DNA from: Squalus acanthias
Lineage: Eukaryota
Assembly (NCBI GenBank): GCA_030390025.1
Contig: CM059432.1
Span: 8,246,001 to 8,310,000, forward strand
Reading direction: 5' to 3'
Length of the DNA: 64,000 nt
Positions 60,110-64,000 of this stretch are shown one piece after another (positions within the stretch are counted from its first letter, which is position 1; the number at the start of each line of letters is the position of its first letter). The translations under genes were made by a program, and so were the position numbers. The notes below the pieces were generated by a model. That model was not told the DNA's origin. It saw only the letters and a program-made list of their open reading frames with translations, and searched no databases.

Positions 60110-61702
60110 AAGACTTGTATTTCTATAGCACCTTTCATGACCACCAGACAACCCAAAGCACTTTACAGCCAATGAAGTACTTTTTGAAGTGGAGTCACTG
60201 TTGTAATGTACAAGACACAGCAGCCAATTTGCGCACAGCAAGCTCCCACAAACAACAATGTGATAATGACCAGATGATCTGCTTTAGTGATGTTGGTTGA
60301 GGGATAAGTATTGGCCAGGACTCCCCTGCTCTTCTTCGAAATTGTGCCATGGGATCTTTTACATCCACTTGAGGGCAGGCGGGGCGTCGGTTTAACGTCT
60401 CATCCAACAGTGCAGCGCTCCCTCAGTACTGCACTGGAGTGTCAGCCTAGATTTCTGTGCTCAAGTCTCTGGAGTGGGATTTGAAGCCACAACCTTCTAT
60501 AGACTCAGAGGCAAGGGTGCTACCCACTGAGCCACGGCTGACACAACATAAAGGAACTGTGTCAGCTATAACCCAGTTGTTTAAAAGCACGGGTTCGGTT
60601 TCAAAGCTTGGATTATGAGATGGATTTGCTGCAATCAGCTGACTCTATGCTGACTCTAAGGAGATTGGTTTCACTCGCAGCCTAGTTTCCATCAACGTGC
60701 GTTTGAAATCCCTTCCCATCAGCTCTTCTCTGATTGCCAAGGTCACCCATTCCTGGACAATCAATTAAGCTGTCCTTTATTGGGTAACGTGTTCAAAGAG
60801 TTACCTCTCATCCATCTTTCATATGATACAGGAAGAAAGGACTGGGCTCTTTCACTGTGTTCTAGGAGCTGCTCCCAGCAGATTTACTCTCAGTCGCACA
60901 TAAAAAGAAATCTTTGCAAGGCTCAATTGTCAATTTATCACCTTAGAATGGACATTGTAAGATTTTTATTTTCACATATTTCTCTCACAAAGTTGTATAT
61001 AAGCGGTGCTGCCGTATTAAATACACATTGCAATTATGCGATGTCTCAGAAGTTAACATAAATTAACATTCATCGGTGGTGGAGGGAGTGAATGTTTAAG
61101 GTGATGGATGGGGTGCCAATCAAGCGGGCTGCTTTGTCCTGGATGGTGTCGAGCTTCTTGAGTGTTGTTGGAGCTGCACTAATCCAGGCAAGTGGAGAGT
61201 ATTCCATCACACTCCTTACTTGTGCCTGACTGCTGGTCAAATCTGATATGGGGTCCAACAGCCAAGGGCTACAGGATGGAGAAGGAACACGGTAAACGAG
61301 AAGGGTTTGCTAAAAAGAAAAGAAAGGCTTGAATTTATGTCGTGCCTTTCACGATCTCAGGTTGTGCCAAAGCACCTTACAGCCAATGAAGTACTTTCTG
61401 AAGTGCAGTCACTGTTGGAATGTAGGAAAACGCGGCGGCCAATTTGCGCACAGCAAGGTCCCACGAACAGCAACATGACAATGACCAGATCATCTGTTTT
61501 AGTGACTTTGGTTGAGGGATAAATGTTTGCCAGGACACTGTGATGAACACCTCATCACACCTCTGACAGTGCAGCACTTCCTCAGTACTAGTACTGGCGT
61601 GTCAGCCTGGTTTTTATGCTCAGGTCTTTGGGGTGGGACTTAAACCCTTAAACCTACTCATTGAGAGGCGAGCGTGCTACCCACTGAGCCCCAGTTGACA
61701 CT
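60110..61702 (-). mobile_element. Deu-domain SINEs (60110-60544, 61320-61702) and a second-family LINE fragment (61070-61228)
   Basis: Reverse-complement matches to other copies. Confidence 0.82.
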
Positions 61703-62407
61703 GTGAGCGATTAAGAATAATTAGTTCCATGTAATATGCCCTACTTTGATCCGTCTATAGCGCTGCACTGGAAAAATTATTATTATATAATTATAGCAGT
61801 GAGCAAGAGATTAGTTTTTAATAACGCAGTGTTTAAAAGGTTATAACGAAAGGGCAGGGAATGGGACTGGGTGGATGGTTGTTTCCGACAGCTGGCACAG
61901 GCATGATGAGCCATGGGACCTTCTGTTGTGTCAAAGTCTGTGATTCGGTGTTAATGAATATCTCAATCTTTATATTTCCAGCATGCAACAATGCTTGAGG
62001 AAAATCTACCACCTTCTCAAGTTGAAAGTCCATGAGACCCCAAGCATGGTGACCCATACGATCACAGTGATTCTAAACCTATCTCCACAGCGGCAGTCAT
62101 TTCCCATCCAACACCAGTCACACAGGAGCTGTATTCATTGACATCTCCTGTGGCGATGCACATGGGGTGGGGGGGGGGGGTCAGGACCAAGTGTCGTCTT
62201 CGAGTGAAGCGGGATTAGACGGTGGAGCGATAGTTGGACCAAGGCATGTAAACATAATTCAGTTCCCGTTTTAAAGTCATACCACCCTGTTGTTATTTTT
62301 ACAAAATACTTTGCGTCGATATTATTTATAGTGAAATGTCCAGCGTTTGGGAAGCAGGAGAAGTAGAGTTGGACAGAGGACTGGAGCTTCTCAGCAGTCT
62401 ATGTTAA

Positions 62408-62960
62408 GGTTAGGCCCCCAGCTGGAGTATTGTGTCCAATTCTGGGCACCGCACTTTAGGAAGGACGCCAAGGCCTTGGAGAGGGTGCAGAGGAGATTGA
62501 CCAGAATGGTACCAGGGATGAGGAGCTTCAGTTACGTGGAGAGACTGGAGAAGCTGGGATTGTTCCCTTTAGAGCAGAGAAGGTTAAGGGGAGATTTGAT
62601 AGAGGCGTTCACAATTACAAAGGGCTTTGATAGAGTAAATAAAGGAGAAACTGTTTTCACTGGCAGGAGGATCGATAACCAGAGGACACAGATTTAAAAT
62701 AATTGGCAAAAGGAACGGAGGAGATGAGGAGAATATTTTTTGCGCAGCGAGTTGGAATGCATTGCCTGAAAAGGGTGGTGGAAGCAGATTCAATGGTAAC
62801 TTTTAAAAAGGAATTGGAAATATATTTAAAAAGGAAAATGCTGCAGGGCTATGGTGAAAGAGCGGGGAGTGGGACTAATTGGACGGCTCTTTCAAAGAGC
62901 TGACACAGGCACGATGGGCCAAATGGCCTCCTTCTGTGCTGCATCTTTCTAGGATTGTAT
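62408..62960 (+). mobile_element. CR1 3' fragment
   Basis: [24 protein letters not shown]. Confidence 0.88.
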
Positions 62961-64000
62961 GAATTGGGAGGTGCAATACTGTGGTGCTACAGCGCCACCG
63001 CTGATGGGAGGATGTAATTACACAATGATAAGATTATCAAGACACTTCCTATTCTAAACATGGACAATGGAATTAAAAATAGAGTAAGTTAACAGGAAAT
63101 GTGTGTAGATGTAGGATTTTGAATATATTGCAGATTGGTATAATAGTTTCATATCTTCTACCCTGCAAATAGTGTTACCAGTACTGGTATACGTGGTGCA
63201 CAGAATGTATTTTAATTATACTCTCTGTGTACAGGAGATTTTTTTTTAACAGAATGCTATTGTAACGGATCCAGGCTCTTACTCATCATCTGACCAGCAC
63301 ACAGAATCATTGCCTTGGTTTCAAACCAAATGTTGGACATGAAATTTCTCCCATCAATAACTTCATTGCAAAAGCCAGCATGAGTGCAAAATGGAATCAA
63401 TGATCAATGGGAAGAATTTCACATCCATTATTATTTGTGCAGAGGAGAATAATCTGTATTTTTTTTTTAACGATTGAGAGATAAATATTGGCCAGGACAC
63501 CGGGGAGAACTCCCCTGCTCTTCTTCGAAATAGTGGCCGTTTAATCTTTTACCTTCACCTGAGAGAGCAGATGGGGGTGGGGAGGGGGTGGGGGGGGGGG
63601 GCCTCGGGTTAACCTCTCATCTGAAAGAACACTGTAAAGCGTAAGGGAGAGTTTCACTGATCTTAGAGATGCATTTGGTTCTGTCCTTTGATCAGTGGCT
63701 GCCATGAGAAGATGCCTCCTACCACTGGCAGAACGGGAGCGCTCCGGAGACAGAAGTTTCGAAAGCACAACAGCAAACTAACCTAATGTGAGAGAGGTCA
63801 CATTTCAGCCGGTGCCCATTGGAGTGCAGGCAGCCCTCTGTGGCCACTATTCAAGCCATTCTTTATCCTAACACTTCACCATTTATCTCTTCACCATGCC
63901 CTCTAAAAAAAAGTGAATTTCCACAGTTGAGTGAGACACCTTCCATCAGTGTTAGAGTGGATGGGAAAGGAACACCAGAAACACCCATCCTCAGAGTGAG

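Overview
Eukaryotic, repeat-saturated window with no recognisable host protein-coding gene, so probably intronic or intergenic. The repeat set (CR1 LINEs with 8-nt tails, Deu-domain SINEs, an HE1/V-type SINE, Penelope-like elements) points to a cartilaginous fish such as a shark; this is inference. Main elements: a full-length CsRn1-type Ty3/Gypsy LTR retrotransposon (5275-9601, minus), a near-intact CR1 LINE with esterase ORF1 and a doubled 3' tail (~11501-15793, minus), a Tigger/pogo transposon with one nonsense codon (27184-29720), a 5'-truncated Penelope-like element (PLE) with RT and GIY-YIG (34787-36842, minus), several PIF/Harbinger-like non-autonomous elements carrying Myb/SANT remnants, a hAT-type MITE, and many LINE/SINE fragments. 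The most notable signal is two PLE families carrying minimal type-I hammerhead ribozyme motifs. One family occurs as tiny TSD-flanked fold-back elements that share the same fold-back point (1967-2186 and 46208-46334). Boundaries of degraded fragments are approximate.
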